From: an uncultured Burkholderiales bacterium
GTDB lineage: Bacteria > Pseudomonadota > Gammaproteobacteria > Burkholderiales > Eutrophovitaceae
Reading direction: 5' to 3'
Assembly: GCA_963925895.1 (NCBI GenBank)
Contig: CAWUVH010000001.1
Coordinates: 12,859-76,858, forward strand
Length of the DNA: 64,000 nt
The position numbers and the translations under genes were made by a program. Shown here piece by piece: positions 49,999 to 59,035 of this stretch; the stretch's first letter is position 1, and the number at the start of each line of letters is the position of its first letter. The notes beneath the pieces were generated by a model. That model worked only from the letters and a program-made list of their open reading frames with translations, had not been told where the DNA came from and searched no databases.

Positions 49999-50015
49999 TG
50001 CACCACAATGGTGCA
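49999..50015. promoter_or_regulatory. NtrC-type enhancer (UAS) site
   Basis: TGCACCAcaaTGGTGCA is an exact match to the TGCACCA-N3-TGGTGCA consensus. It is centred about 150 bp upstream of the sigma-54 promoter. An extra overlapping half-site, TGGTGCACCA, sits at 49996-50005. Confidence 0.6.
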
Positions 50016-50038
50016 TTCGTTTTATAAAAAATATTGCC

Positions 50039-50066
50039 TTGGAAAATATCCAGTACTGTATATAAT
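50039..50066 (+). promoter_or_regulatory. candidate sigma-70 promoter of lexA
   Basis: TTGGAA (50039-50044), a 16-nt spacer, then TATAAT (50061-50066). The -10 element lies inside the SOS box. Confidence 0.5.
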
Positions 50067-50073
50067 AACAGTG
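50054..50073 (+). promoter_or_regulatory. LexA operator (SOS box)
   Basis: TACTGTATATAATAACAGTG fits the CTGT-N8-ACAG beta/gamma-proteobacterial consensus. It lies 24 nt upstream of the lexA ATG. Confidence 0.8.
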
Positions 50074-50096
50074 CTAAATATTTAACCGCTATCGAT

Positions 50097-50699
50097 ATGA
50101 AACCACTCACGCAAAGACAAGCTGAAATTCTTAATCTCATTCAAAGCTTTGTTGAAAATACTGGCTTCCCTCCTACACGATCAGATATCGCCCGAGCCCT
50201 GAGTTTCAAATCTGCAAATGCGGCCGAAGACCATCTCAAGGCAATAGAAAAAAAAGGGCACATCAAACTCACACGTGGCACATCAAGAGGGATACAACTA
50301 CTTAAAAACTCCGGACTGCCCATTGTGGGTCGAGTCGCAGCTGGACAACCCATATTGTCCGAAGAGCACATACAGAACAGGGTCCAAGTTGAGCAGTCTT
50401 TGTTTAGACCTGCAGCAGACTATCTACTCAAAGTGCGGGGAAGCAGCATGCGCGATGTTGGCATCCATGATGGGGATTTACTCGCCGTCCATGCCACATC
50501 AGAAGCACGGTCTGGGCAAATCATCGTGGCACGCATCAACCAAGAGGTCACGGTCAAACGCTTCAAACGGAAAAACAAGGAAATATGGCTAGAAGCAGAA
50601 AATCCTGATTTTCAGCCTATCTATGTCAATGGCGAACGAGATGACTTTGCCATAGAAGGCCTCGCGGTTGGCATCATCCGTAACGGAAAAATCAATTAG
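50097..50699 (+). CDS. lexA: LexA repressor
   Basis: 200 aa from the ATG at 50097 ([12 protein letters not shown]…). Ala-Gly cleavage site VAAGQP, catalytic-Ser motif GSSM, and the Lys in VKRF. Confidence 0.95.
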   Translation: MKPLTQRQAEILNLIQSFVENTGFPPTRSDIARALSFKSANAAEDHLKAIEKKGHIKLTRGTSRGIQLLKNSGLPIVGRVAAGQPILSEEHIQNRVQVEQSLFRPAADYLLKVRGSSMRDVGIHDGDLLAVHATSEARSGQIIVARINQEVTVKRFKRKNKEIWLEAENPDFQPIYVNGERDDFAIEGLAVGIIRNGKIN

Positions 50700-50713
50700 T
50701 GATCGACTGAATT

Positions 50714-51352
50714 ATGGCATCCCCCCTCCTTCAATCCATCCTCCCTACTCATATCTGGAAAGGGAAAGAGCACAAACTCAATCCACTCGGATACGTACCT
50801 TCAGGCTTCACCAATATTGACGAGAGCATCCACGGATGGCCTCTTGGCACACTCATGGAAATCGTACCTCACCAAATTGGAATTGGTGAGTTTTCGATAT
50901 TGATTCCGGCACTTGCTCGACTCTCTCAAGACTCACGCTGGATCTTATTAGTCTGCCCTCCTCATATTCCCTATGCGCCCTTTCTATCCAGAATGGGCGT
51001 CGATACCAGCAAAGTCATCATCACACATGCACAAAACATTAATGACGCAGGATGGTGTATGGAACAAGGGTTGAGATCGAACTCCTGTAGCGCGGTCATC
51101 GGTTGGATCCCGCAGATAACAGAAAAAATGATGCGTCGACTGCAACTGGCCTTAGAAGCAAAAAAAGTATTGGGTGCTTTTTTTACGAAGCCAATGACAA
51201 CCTATAAAAACAATCCCACACCCTGGAGAATCATAGTCAGGCAGGCCGACAATGAAACGCTAATCGACATCCCGAAACGACGAGGTGGAAGCCCCATTAG
51301 CGGCATATCAATCTCTAACCTATTGCATCAAACATGTTGTGGCTTTGCCTAA
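50714..51352 (+). CDS. imuA: translesion-synthesis-associated protein ImuA (SulA/RecA-like)
   Basis: 212 aa. Called from its position between lexA and imuB and from ImuA-like motifs (GFTNIDESIHGWPLGTLMEIV). Confidence 0.8.
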   Translation: MASPLLQSILPTHIWKGKEHKLNPLGYVPSGFTNIDESIHGWPLGTLMEIVPHQIGIGEFSILIPALARLSQDSRWILLVCPPHIPYAPFLSRMGVDTSKVIITHAQNINDAGWCMEQGLRSNSCSAVIGWIPQITEKMMRRLQLALEAKKVLGAFFTKPMTTYKNNPTPWRIIVRQADNETLIDIPKRRGGSPISGISISNLLHQTCCGFA

Positions 51353-52758
51353 GCTTCCCCAATCTACCGATCGATATTTTTTCTATTGGCGAGGAGACTA
51401 AAGAGCCCGTAGTGATCATCGAGTCAACAAATACGATCATTGCAAGCAACAACACCTCTCAGCACTTCGGCATAAAAAATGGCATGACGCTATCCGCAGC
51501 TTATGTCCTATCAAACTTTATCCAAATTAAGCACCGCAACAAAAATCAAGAAATCAAAAAACTAGAAGAAGTCGCCATTTCTCTTTTCAAGTATTCATCT
51601 CAAATAAGTATTCGACTACCGAGCTCAGTTCTCGTTGAAATTGGAGCAAGTATCAAACTATTTCGTAGTACACAACACCTCACAAATCAAATAGCAAAAA
51701 CGATTACTGATTTAGGACTTCATGCCCACACTGCCCTATCCCCTACACCCTTAGGTGCCATATGGTTATCACGCTACCGGACAAACACCACAGCCTTTAC
51801 GATAAAAGATCTATCTCAATACATTGATCCATTACCCACCTCAATCATTGAATCTGGGAATACATCAGGCATGCAACTGCATGATGTTGGGATTAAAACT
51901 ATTGGCCAATTAGCACGCATTCCCAGATCTGCCGTAACCCAACGTTGGGGAACCTATGCGTTGGATCAATTAGATCGAGCTTTCGGAAAAAAACCAGACC
52001 CTCAACGACCCTTTTCATTACCAGAGCATTTTAATTCTGAGATATCACTCAACCTTCCCGCCTCTTCAGTAGAGGAAATCCTGTTTGGCATTCATCGAAT
52101 CATTCAAAGCATGACTACTTACCTACAGGTTAAACAACGCGGAGTCATACAGTTTGAACTAAGCATCGTCAATGAAGAAAAACTGCAGCATGACTTCAAG
52201 TTCAAACTTTCAGTCCCCTCTAGAAATACAAAAAACCTGACTCATCTCGTTCAAGAACGACTTAATCGAGAAAGTATTCCTTCTAGAATTGAGTCAGTCC
52301 AACTACGCTCCATACAAGAAATAGCCATAACCCCATCCAATCATTCACTACTCCCTCACGAAGAACAGTGCGAACTGAATCGAGGTCATTTAATTGACCA
52401 GTTACAAGCCAGATTAGGGGAAAATTCCGTCTATGGGATCACTGTATGTGCTGACCACCGTCCAGAAAAATCCTGGAGGGAAACCATTCCAGGGAATCAT
52501 CAGCAACACATAAAACTCAATCATCGACCCTCTTGGTTGCTACGCATACCCAAAGCATTAACATCAGCATCTGACATCCCACACCTACGCGGACCATTAA
52601 CCATCATTGACGGGCCTGAACGCATCGAAACAGGATGGTGGGATGATCAAGACATCAAACGTGATTACTTTATCGCCTTAACCCAAGACCATTCACAAGT
52701 ATGGATATATAAAGATACGACGAGTAACCACTGGTTCTTACACGGCATTTTTGCATGA
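51334..52758 (+). CDS. imuB: Y-family-polymerase-like protein ImuB
   Basis: 474 aa. Starts MLWLCLSFPNLPIDIF, typical of ImuB. It overlaps both imuA and dnaE2. Confidence 0.88.
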   Translation: MLWLCLSFPNLPIDIFSIGEETKEPVVIIESTNTIIASNNTSQHFGIKNGMTLSAAYVLSNFIQIKHRNKNQEIKKLEEVAISLFKYSSQISIRLPSSVLVEIGASIKLFRSTQHLTNQIAKTITDLGLHAHTALSPTPLGAIWLSRYRTNTTAFTIKDLSQYIDPLPTSIIESGNTSGMQLHDVGIKTIGQLARIPRSAVTQRWGTYALDQLDRAFGKKPDPQRPFSLPEHFNSEISLNLPASSVEEILFGIHRIIQSMTTYLQVKQRGVIQFELSIVNEEKLQHDFKFKLSVPSRNTKNLTHLVQERLNRESIPSRIESVQLRSIQEIAITPSNHSLLPHEEQCELNRGHLIDQLQARLGENSVYGITVCADHRPEKSWRETIPGNHQQHIKLNHRPSWLLRIPKALTSASDIPHLRGPLTIIDGPERIETGWWDDQDIKRDYFIALTQDHSQVWIYKDTTSNHWFLHGIFA

Positions 52759-55700
52759 CGACAGTCCCCGAGATGCCCTCTTATGCAGAGCTTCATTGCA
52801 TCAGTAATTTTAGTTTTCTTACGGGCGCCTCACACCCTGAGGAACTCGTAGAACAAGCCAAAAAACTTGGCTATCACGCCATTGCAATCACAGATGAGTG
52901 CTCTGTGGCTGGCGTTGTCCGAGCTCACGTGGCCGCGCAAGCGGCAGATATTAAATTACTGATTGGATCTGAATTTAAACTTGAAGAAGGGACTCGATTT
53001 GTCCTGATCGCCAAAAATCGTAACGGCTATGGTTATATGTGCAACCTCATCAGCACCGCACGTCGTCGCGCATCTAAGGGTGAATACTACTTAAGTCAAA
53101 AACATTTTAAAGACATCGAAATAAACTGCATCGTGATATGGCTACCCAACACTGATTTACCAGAGGAGAGTCAAATCAAAGACCTCGCTTGGTTAAAACA
53201 TCATTTCAAAAACAAAGTATGGATTGGCATGGCACAACTTTTTCTCAATCACGAAAAAAAACAAATACTGGCGCTTGAACGCTTGTCACAACTCATGATG
53301 ACCCCTCTCGTCGCAATTGGTAGTGCACACATGCACATACCGGAGCGTCGCATGCTAAGAGATACGATCCACGCAATTCGACTCAGAAAAACGCTTAAAA
53401 ACAGTGGTTTTGAATTAGCCCAAAATGGAGAAAGCTACCTGCGCAGTATTGAAACAATCGAACGCTTATATCCCTCTCAACTCATTGCCGAGACCCTCGC
53501 GATCGCCAATCAATGCCACTTCGACCTCAGCACACTCAAATATGAGTATCCCAAGGAAATTACACCGGCTGGAATGAGTACAACTGAACATTTACGTACA
53601 CTCACTCAAAAAGGGCTCGCTTGGAGATTTCCTAAAAACATTCCAGAGAAGGTTCAATTACTGGTTGAGCGGGAGCTCAGCATCATTCACGAATTGAACT
53701 ATGAACCGTATTTTTTAACCGTATTTGATATCACCAACCACGCCAGATCCCAAGGCATTTTATTTCAAGGTAGAGGTAGCGCGGCAAACTCTGCGGTTTG
53801 TTATGTATTAGGTATCACAGAGGTAGACCCTAACCGCTCAGAAATGTTATTCGAACGATTTATCTCTAAAGAGCGACACGAACCACCTGATATTGATGTC
53901 GATTTTGAAAATGATCGTCGAGAAGAGGTCATTCAGTATATCTACAATAAGTATGGTCGAGATCGAGCAGCACTAACCGCAACGGTCGTCACTTATCGAC
54001 CTAAAAGTGCGTTCAGAGATGTTGGTAAAGCACTGGGATTAAATATAGAACAAATTAATCGTATTTCTAATAATTTCAGCTGGTGGGACCAAAAATCGAG
54101 CCGATCTGAGAGACTCAAGGAAGCCGGGTTTAATACAAACACCAAAACAATTCGACAACTCATCTATATCACTCAGGAATTATCCGGATTTCCAAGACAT
54201 TTATCCCAGCATGTTGGCGGGTTTTTAATTTCACAAGGTCCTCTGACTCAATTAGTCCCTGTTGAAAATGCGGTCATGAAAAACCGTACCGTAATACAGT
54301 GGGACAAAGATGATCTAGACGCACTGGGATTACTCAAAATTGATGTCTTAGCACTGGGCATGCTCTCCGCCATTCGTCGCTCACTGCGCCTTATTGAAGA
54401 GTGGCACCACAAAACCTTCACCATATCTGATATCCCCCCAGAAGACCCAAAAGTCTACGAAATGATATCTAAGGCAGACACCATTGGCGTTTTCCAAATC
54501 GAATCTCGAGCACAAATGTCGATGCTGCCTCGACTAAAACCAAAGTGTTTTTATGATTTGGTGATTGAAGTCGCTATCGTACGTCCTGGCCCTATTCAAG
54601 GCGGCATGGTTCATCCATATCTGCAACGTCGTCAGGGTAAAAAGCCCGTCACCTACCCCTCTGCCGAGGTTAAAAAAGTTTTAGAACGAACTTTAGGTGT
54701 GCCCATATTCCAAGAACAAGTGATGCAACTCGCTATTGTGGCTGCAGGATTTACGCCTGGCGAAGCCGATCAACTCAGACGCTCCATGGCGGCTTGGAAG
54801 CGTAACGGTGGTCTAGGACACCTTGAGAAAAAACTCCTTCAAGGAATGCAACTTCGTGGGTACAGCAAAGAATTTTCCAAACAAATATTCCAGCAAATTC
54901 TCGGCTTTGGGCAATATGGGTTTCCAGAATCCCACTCAGCGAGCTTCGCCCTCCTGGTTTATGTCTCCAGCTGGCTCAAATGCCACGAACCAGCAGCGTT
55001 CACCTGCGCACTACTCAACAGCCAACCGATGGGGTTTTATGCACCATCCCAATTGATTCAAGACGCACAACGTCATGAAGTAATGATCTTGCCCGTAGAT
55101 ATACTACTCAGTCATCACGAGTGTCATTTGACTCGCACCCCCAATACGGATAAGCCTGCTATTCGGTTGGGCCTGAATATGATTAAGGGACTCTCCAGCG
55201 ATGCGGCACACAGGATTGTCACTCATCGATCGGAACACTTAACAGTGGATCAAATTGTAAGGCTCGCAGGATTAAATAAAAAAGACTTACGCGCACTCGC
55301 TGGTGCTGATGCCTTATCAAGTGCAATAGGAAATCGACATCAAGCAAATTGGTGGGCACGTGGACTGGACCTAAACCCACCCGAGCTATTTCGCCACTTA
55401 CCAAGCACGCAGGAGTCTCTGAACTTACCCACACCGACAAAGGGTGAAAATATTGTTGCTGACTACAGGAGTCTAGGACTCACCTTGCGGGAACATCCGC
55501 TGCACTTACTCAGATCAGAACTCAACAAAAGGAAAATATCAACAGCCGAGAAGATCAAAACACTTCGAAGTGGACAATCGGTTCGCGCAGCAGGAATCGT
55601 CACCTCCCGCCAACGTCCCAGCACATCCAGTGGTGTGGTATTCGTTACTCTCGAGGATGAAACGGGGTATACGAATGTGGTGATCTGGAACCGAATTGCC

Positions 55701-55856
55701 TCCGAACAACGTCAAATACTGATGAATGCTCAACTAATGGTTGTTTCGGGACATGTCGAAAGGGACGGTGAAGTCATTCACCTCATCGCAAAAAAATTAA
55801 TCGATTACTCACCTCTTCTTGGTAAACTCACCACAACGTCAAGAGATTTTCATTAA
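52755..55856 (+). CDS. dnaE2: error-prone DNA polymerase DnaE2
   Basis: 1033 aa. PHP domain (YAELHCISNFSFLTGAS), polymerase III alpha core (PDIDVDF…), and an OB fold. There is a 4-nt overlap with imuB. Confidence 0.95.
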   Translation: MTTVPEMPSYAELHCISNFSFLTGASHPEELVEQAKKLGYHAIAITDECSVAGVVRAHVAAQAADIKLLIGSEFKLEEGTRFVLIAKNRNGYGYMCNLISTARRRASKGEYYLSQKHFKDIEINCIVIWLPNTDLPEESQIKDLAWLKHHFKNKVWIGMAQLFLNHEKKQILALERLSQLMMTPLVAIGSAHMHIPERRMLRDTIHAIRLRKTLKNSGFELAQNGESYLRSIETIERLYPSQLIAETLAIANQCHFDLSTLKYEYPKEITPAGMSTTEHLRTLTQKGLAWRFPKNIPEKVQLLVERELSIIHELNYEPYFLTVFDITNHARSQGILFQGRGSAANSAVCYVLGITEVDPNRSEMLFERFISKERHEPPDIDVDFENDRREEVIQYIYNKYGRDRAALTATVVTYRPKSAFRDVGKALGLNIEQINRISNNFSWWDQKSSRSERLKEAGFNTNTKTIRQLIYITQELSGFPRHLSQHVGGFLISQGPLTQLVPVENAVMKNRTVIQWDKDDLDALGLLKIDVLALGMLSAIRRSLRLIEEWHHKTFTISDIPPEDPKVYEMISKADTIGVFQIESRAQMSMLPRLKPKCFYDLVIEVAIVRPGPIQGGMVHPYLQRRQGKKPVTYPSAEVKKVLERTLGVPIFQEQVMQLAIVAAGFTPGEADQLRRSMAAWKRNGGLGHLEKKLLQGMQLRGYSKEFSKQIFQQILGFGQYGFPESHSASFALLVYVSSWLKCHEPAAFTCALLNSQPMGFYAPSQLIQDAQRHEVMILPVDILLSHHECHLTRTPNTDKPAIRLGLNMIKGLSSDAAHRIVTHRSEHLTVDQIVRLAGLNKKDLRALAGADALSSAIGNRHQANWWARGLDLNPPELFRHLPSTQESLNLPTPTKGENIVADYRSLGLTLREHPLHLLRSELNKRKISTAEKIKTLRSGQSVRAAGIVTSRQRPSTSSGVVFVTLEDETGYTNVVIWNRIASEQRQILMNAQLMVVSGHVERDGEVIHLIAKKLIDYSPLLGKLTTTSRDFH

Positions 55857-55861
55857 AAAAT

Positions 55862-57004
55862 ATGACCTTTGAATTCGACAAAATTATTGATAGAACGAAT
55901 ACGTCCAGCAGTAAATGGACTAAATATGATCGTCCAGACATCATACCCATGTGGGTTGCTGACATGGACTTTGAAACGGCGCCGTGCATTAAGTCCGCAC
56001 TACTGGAGCGCATTAATCACGGCATCTATGGGTACACCCAACCACCCGCAGAATTATCTTCAACTGTTGTAACCTACCTAAAGACCGAATTTAATTGGGC
56101 CATCGATACAGACTGGATTATCTGGTTACCGAGCTTGGTAGTTGGACTCAACGTTGTTAGCCGTGCGTTCGCCGAAGAAGGTGATGCGATTCTTTCAAAT
56201 ACACCGATATATCCACCTTTTCTATCTGCACCAACTTACGGCAATCGCGAAACCATTACCGCACCTCTAGTTTGGAGCGGAACAAAGTGGGCGATGGATT
56301 TTGATGCACTGGAAAAAACGGTCACAGACAAAACAAAAGCTTTTTTATTCTGCAGCCCACACAACCCAACTGGACGCGTTTGGGATAGTAAGGAACTCAA
56401 TGAGTTAGTGGCCTTTTGCCACAAACATAATCTGACTATAATTTCAGATGAGATCCATGCGGGTCTAATCTTGGACGAAGACAAAACCCACACAGTCACT
56501 GCAAACCTACCCGACGCTGCGGATATTTCAGTAACACTGTTGTCTGCGAGTAAAACTTTTAATATGCCAGGATTAGGTTGCGCGTATGCCGTTGTGAAAA
56601 ATACAACGTTAAGAAATAAACTAAAAAAAGTGATGAACGGCATCGTTCATCATGTTGGGGCTCTAGGCTATACCGCCACCCTCGCCGCATACAAAGACGG
56701 TAAATCCTGGCATACCGCACTGGTAAAGTACTTACGACAGAATCGAGACCACGTTGAAGCTAATTTGTCGGCTCACGATCGATTGACGGCATACCACTCA
56801 GAAGCCACGTACCTGACCTGGATTGACGCACGAAACATGAACGTTGACAACCCATCGACGTACTTCGAGAAATTCGGAATCGGTCTCTATGATGGCGCAC
56901 CATTTGGCGCTCCAGGATTTCTAAGGCTCAACTTTGCGTGCCCACAGTCGGTCCTGAGTGAGGCACTCAAACGCATCAACAAAGGACTGGAGGCGCTAAC
57001 CTAG
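55862..57004 (+). CDS. PLP-dependent C-S lyase (MalY/PatB-type cystathionine beta-lyase family)
   Basis: 380 aa. DRTNTSSSKW, MWVADMDF, and SASKTFNMPG (PLP Lys). Confidence 0.85.
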   Translation: MTFEFDKIIDRTNTSSSKWTKYDRPDIIPMWVADMDFETAPCIKSALLERINHGIYGYTQPPAELSSTVVTYLKTEFNWAIDTDWIIWLPSLVVGLNVVSRAFAEEGDAILSNTPIYPPFLSAPTYGNRETITAPLVWSGTKWAMDFDALEKTVTDKTKAFLFCSPHNPTGRVWDSKELNELVAFCHKHNLTIISDEIHAGLILDEDKTHTVTANLPDAADISVTLLSASKTFNMPGLGCAYAVVKNTTLRNKLKKVMNGIVHHVGALGYTATLAAYKDGKSWHTALVKYLRQNRDHVEANLSAHDRLTAYHSEATYLTWIDARNMNVDNPSTYFEKFGIGLYDGAPFGAPGFLRLNFACPQSVLSEALKRINKGLEALT

Positions 57005-57345
57005 CGAAGCGAATCGGACCTAGCTTCTATCGACTCAATGGGGAAGATTTGACCTGACACGCCCAGTAGTGTGACCTTAGGTCCCGCGAAACACTGTAAG
57101 TCGATTGTGTAGAGACTGAACACAAAGTAATTCTCATATTTTTGCGCGAAAGGTTGTTCCATAAGACACGGCACACCATCCAACGCCTCAATGATCGACT
57201 TTAGAATACCACCCTCTTGAGACAGCAATTTTTTGGCGATTTCGTTCTTGGCTATTTTATCACCCACATATTGTTCAAAATCGTTTTCACTGGGATTGTT
57301 GGCCGCCAAAACGACTGCAAGAATAGCAAGAAGTATTAATTTCAT
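57001..57345 (-). CDS. small exported protein, DUF4359-like
   Basis: 114 aa. Signal peptide MKLILLAILAVVLAA, then NPSENDFEQYV…YFVFSLYT…LLGVSGQIF. From memory, this resembles DUF4359. Confidence 0.5.
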   Translation of the reverse strand: MKLILLAILAVVLAANNPSENDFEQYVGDKIAKNEIAKKLLSQEGGILKSIIEALDGVPCLMEQPFAQKYENYFVFSLYTIDLQCFAGPKVTLLGVSGQIFPIESIEARSDSLR

Positions 57346-57387
57346 ATCGTAATAAACCTGAGATCAATCAACTATAAGATTAACCGA

Positions 57388-57939
57388 TTACTTCGCGTTA
57401 CGTTTCGCGCGTCTCTGACGCCTCCACTCCCAGGGTGGCAGGGGCACATCGTCTGCCCATAAACCGATTCGCTGATGCTTTGCTAACGCTTCAGCCTCTT
57501 TATAACGAATACGATCCACCTGTGTCTGATCCTTCTGATAATCACGATACCACCACGCCAATCCATTCCGGACCAGCAACCAATTGACATCCAAATCATC
57601 AAACAGAACCTTGCAGACCCAACGCTTATAACGGTCCCGCTTCACACAATCACAAATAACCGACTTCCCCCGAATCAGCCGACTCAACTGATCACGAGCT
57701 TCTGTGCCAAAAGGTTGGTCCATCTCTGGTGTATCAATACCGCCGAATCGCACTTTTATTTTCTGGCCATCGTTAATTAAGACGGTGATGGTGTCTCCGT
57801 CCGCAATGCGAACCACCTCGCCACGAAAGACTTCTGATTGAGACATCGGAATCTCAAAACAAAAACCAACAAATACGATTAAGAGAAAAGTAAGCAGGTG
57901 CCGCTCAGAAAAAGAAAGAGTACCGATACGCATTTGCAT
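57388..57939 (-). CDS. secreted or membrane-anchored staphylococcal-nuclease-like thermonuclease
   Basis: VVRIADGDTITV…RFGGIDTPE…FG…A…LVRNGLAWWY is the SNase fold signature, with a hydrophobic leader after MQMRIG. The longer ORF-track start at 58023 overlaps the divergent VOC gene region. Confidence 0.8.
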   Translation of the reverse strand: MQMRIGTLSFSERHLLTFLLIVFVGFCFEIPMSQSEVFRGEVVRIADGDTITVLINDGQKIKVRFGGIDTPEMDQPFGTEARDQLSRLIRGKSVICDCVKRDRYKRWVCKVLFDDLDVNWLLVRNGLAWWYRDYQKDQTQVDRIRYKEAEALAKHQRIGLWADDVPLPPWEWRRQRRAKRNAK

Positions 57940-58044
57940 AATGAATGTCCAAGAGTTTGGTACGATAACGAGCAGGATAGACGATAGAGCTCCGTGACTG
58001 TCAAGTTCAACTCTAACAATCACGCCTCAACAAAGGAACGACGG

Positions 58045-58431
58045 ATGCCAGCAACCTCAATGAATCACTTTACAATTCTCACGGATGACCTTGATGGAAC
58101 AGTTAATTTTTATTACGAATTTTTAGGATTAGAACCTGGCGAGCGACCTCCGTTTGTATTTCCAGGTGCGTGGCTCTACGCTGGAAAGACCGCGGTGTTA
58201 CATGTCATTGCCGGAAAAAGGCTTCCGGAGCCAAGAGAAGGTGTGATTGATCACATGGCGTTCAGCGCAACTGGTCTCATAGAGACCGTCAATAAACTAA
58301 AGCAACACAATATTGACTATTCGCTGCGGCAATTCAGGGATATAGATCCTTGGCAACTTTTTTTCTTTGACCCTTCTGGCGCCAAGATTGAGCTGGACTA
58401 TCCACCTACCGAACCCACGCCGGCTCAGTAA
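58045..58431 (+). CDS. glyoxalase/bleomycin-resistance/dioxygenase (VOC) family protein
   Basis: 128 aa from MPATSMNHFTILTDDL…FYYEFLGL…HMAF…DPSGAKIEL. Confidence 0.8.
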   Translation: MPATSMNHFTILTDDLDGTVNFYYEFLGLEPGERPPFVFPGAWLYAGKTAVLHVIAGKRLPEPREGVIDHMAFSATGLIETVNKLKQHNIDYSLRQFRDIDPWQLFFFDPSGAKIELDYPPTEPTPAQ

Positions 58432-58437
58432 AACATC

Positions 58438-58713
58438 TTATTGAGACGGGTTTTCTGTGGACTCCGTCGAATCCTCTTGAGAATCAAGCTCTAAATCAAC
58501 AGGCTCTGCTTCAGAATTCTGAGGTACTGGGTCAGCTATCTCAATGCCCAGCTCTCTTTCGTAGTACTTGATCCAGTTGTGGACGTTTCCTTCTTGAATT
58601 TCAATAGCCGCATCCCCTGCATAGATTTGCCCTATTGATCCGAATAGGACAAACATAAACGAGCACGCTACGATTAATCGAACGAAGATGGGCACATGCA
58701 GTTCCTCAAACAA
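58438..58713 (-). CDS. hypothetical small membrane-anchored protein with an acidic C-terminal tail
   Basis: 91 aa. One hydrophobic helix (IFVRLIVACSFMFVLFGSIG) and a D/E/S-rich tail. No recognisable family. Supported by ORF evidence only. Confidence 0.45.
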   Translation of the reverse strand: MFEELHVPIFVRLIVACSFMFVLFGSIGQIYAGDAAIEIQEGNVHNWIKYYERELGIEIADPVPQNSEAEPVDLELDSQEDSTESTENPSQ

Positions 58714-58776
58714 TTCAATGCAAATTGCAGCATTTAGCGCAACGGCAGCATCACCTAGCCCATGCGATGGAGAAAG

Positions 58777-58853
58777 TGGTGCGCCCGGAGAGATTCGAAC
58801 TCCCGACCCCTTGGTTCGAAGCCAAGTACTCTATCCAACTGAGCTACGGGCGC
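58777..58853 (-). tRNA. tRNA-Arg (UCG)
   Basis: Reverse complement GCGCCCGTAGCTCAGTTGGATAGAGTACTTGGCTTCGAACCAAGGGGTCGGGAGTTCGAATCTCTCCGGGCGCACCA. Anticodon loop CTTCGAA. Confidence 0.93.
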
Positions 58854-59035
58854 ATAGAACATATATCAACGCCGACATTCTATCAGCAAACCGCTAAAAT
58901 TAAACTCGTATGAGCTCTTCATAATAATAATAATTGGATAAATGCTGCCCGCATTATTCCCCTAGCTCCTTATCGAAAAAAGGCACGTGCTAGACTAACC
59001 GCTGACACACTAATAATAGTTAAGGAGATTTAATC

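Noticed and set aside
57940-58044. Overlap of the extended SNase (to 58023) and VOC (from 57994) ORFs
   Set aside because: Both extensions lack homology. Internal starts (57939 and 58045) give a normal 105-bp divergent promoter region.
58688-58913. Two overlapping ORFs of 62 and 69 aa
   Set aside because: Both run across tRNA-Arg(UCG) on the opposite strand, with no RBS or family resemblance.
58920-58934. A short (ATA)n trinucleotide run upstream of the O-methyltransferase gene
   Set aside because: It has only about 4-5 units in AT-rich intergenic DNA, which is within chance expectation.
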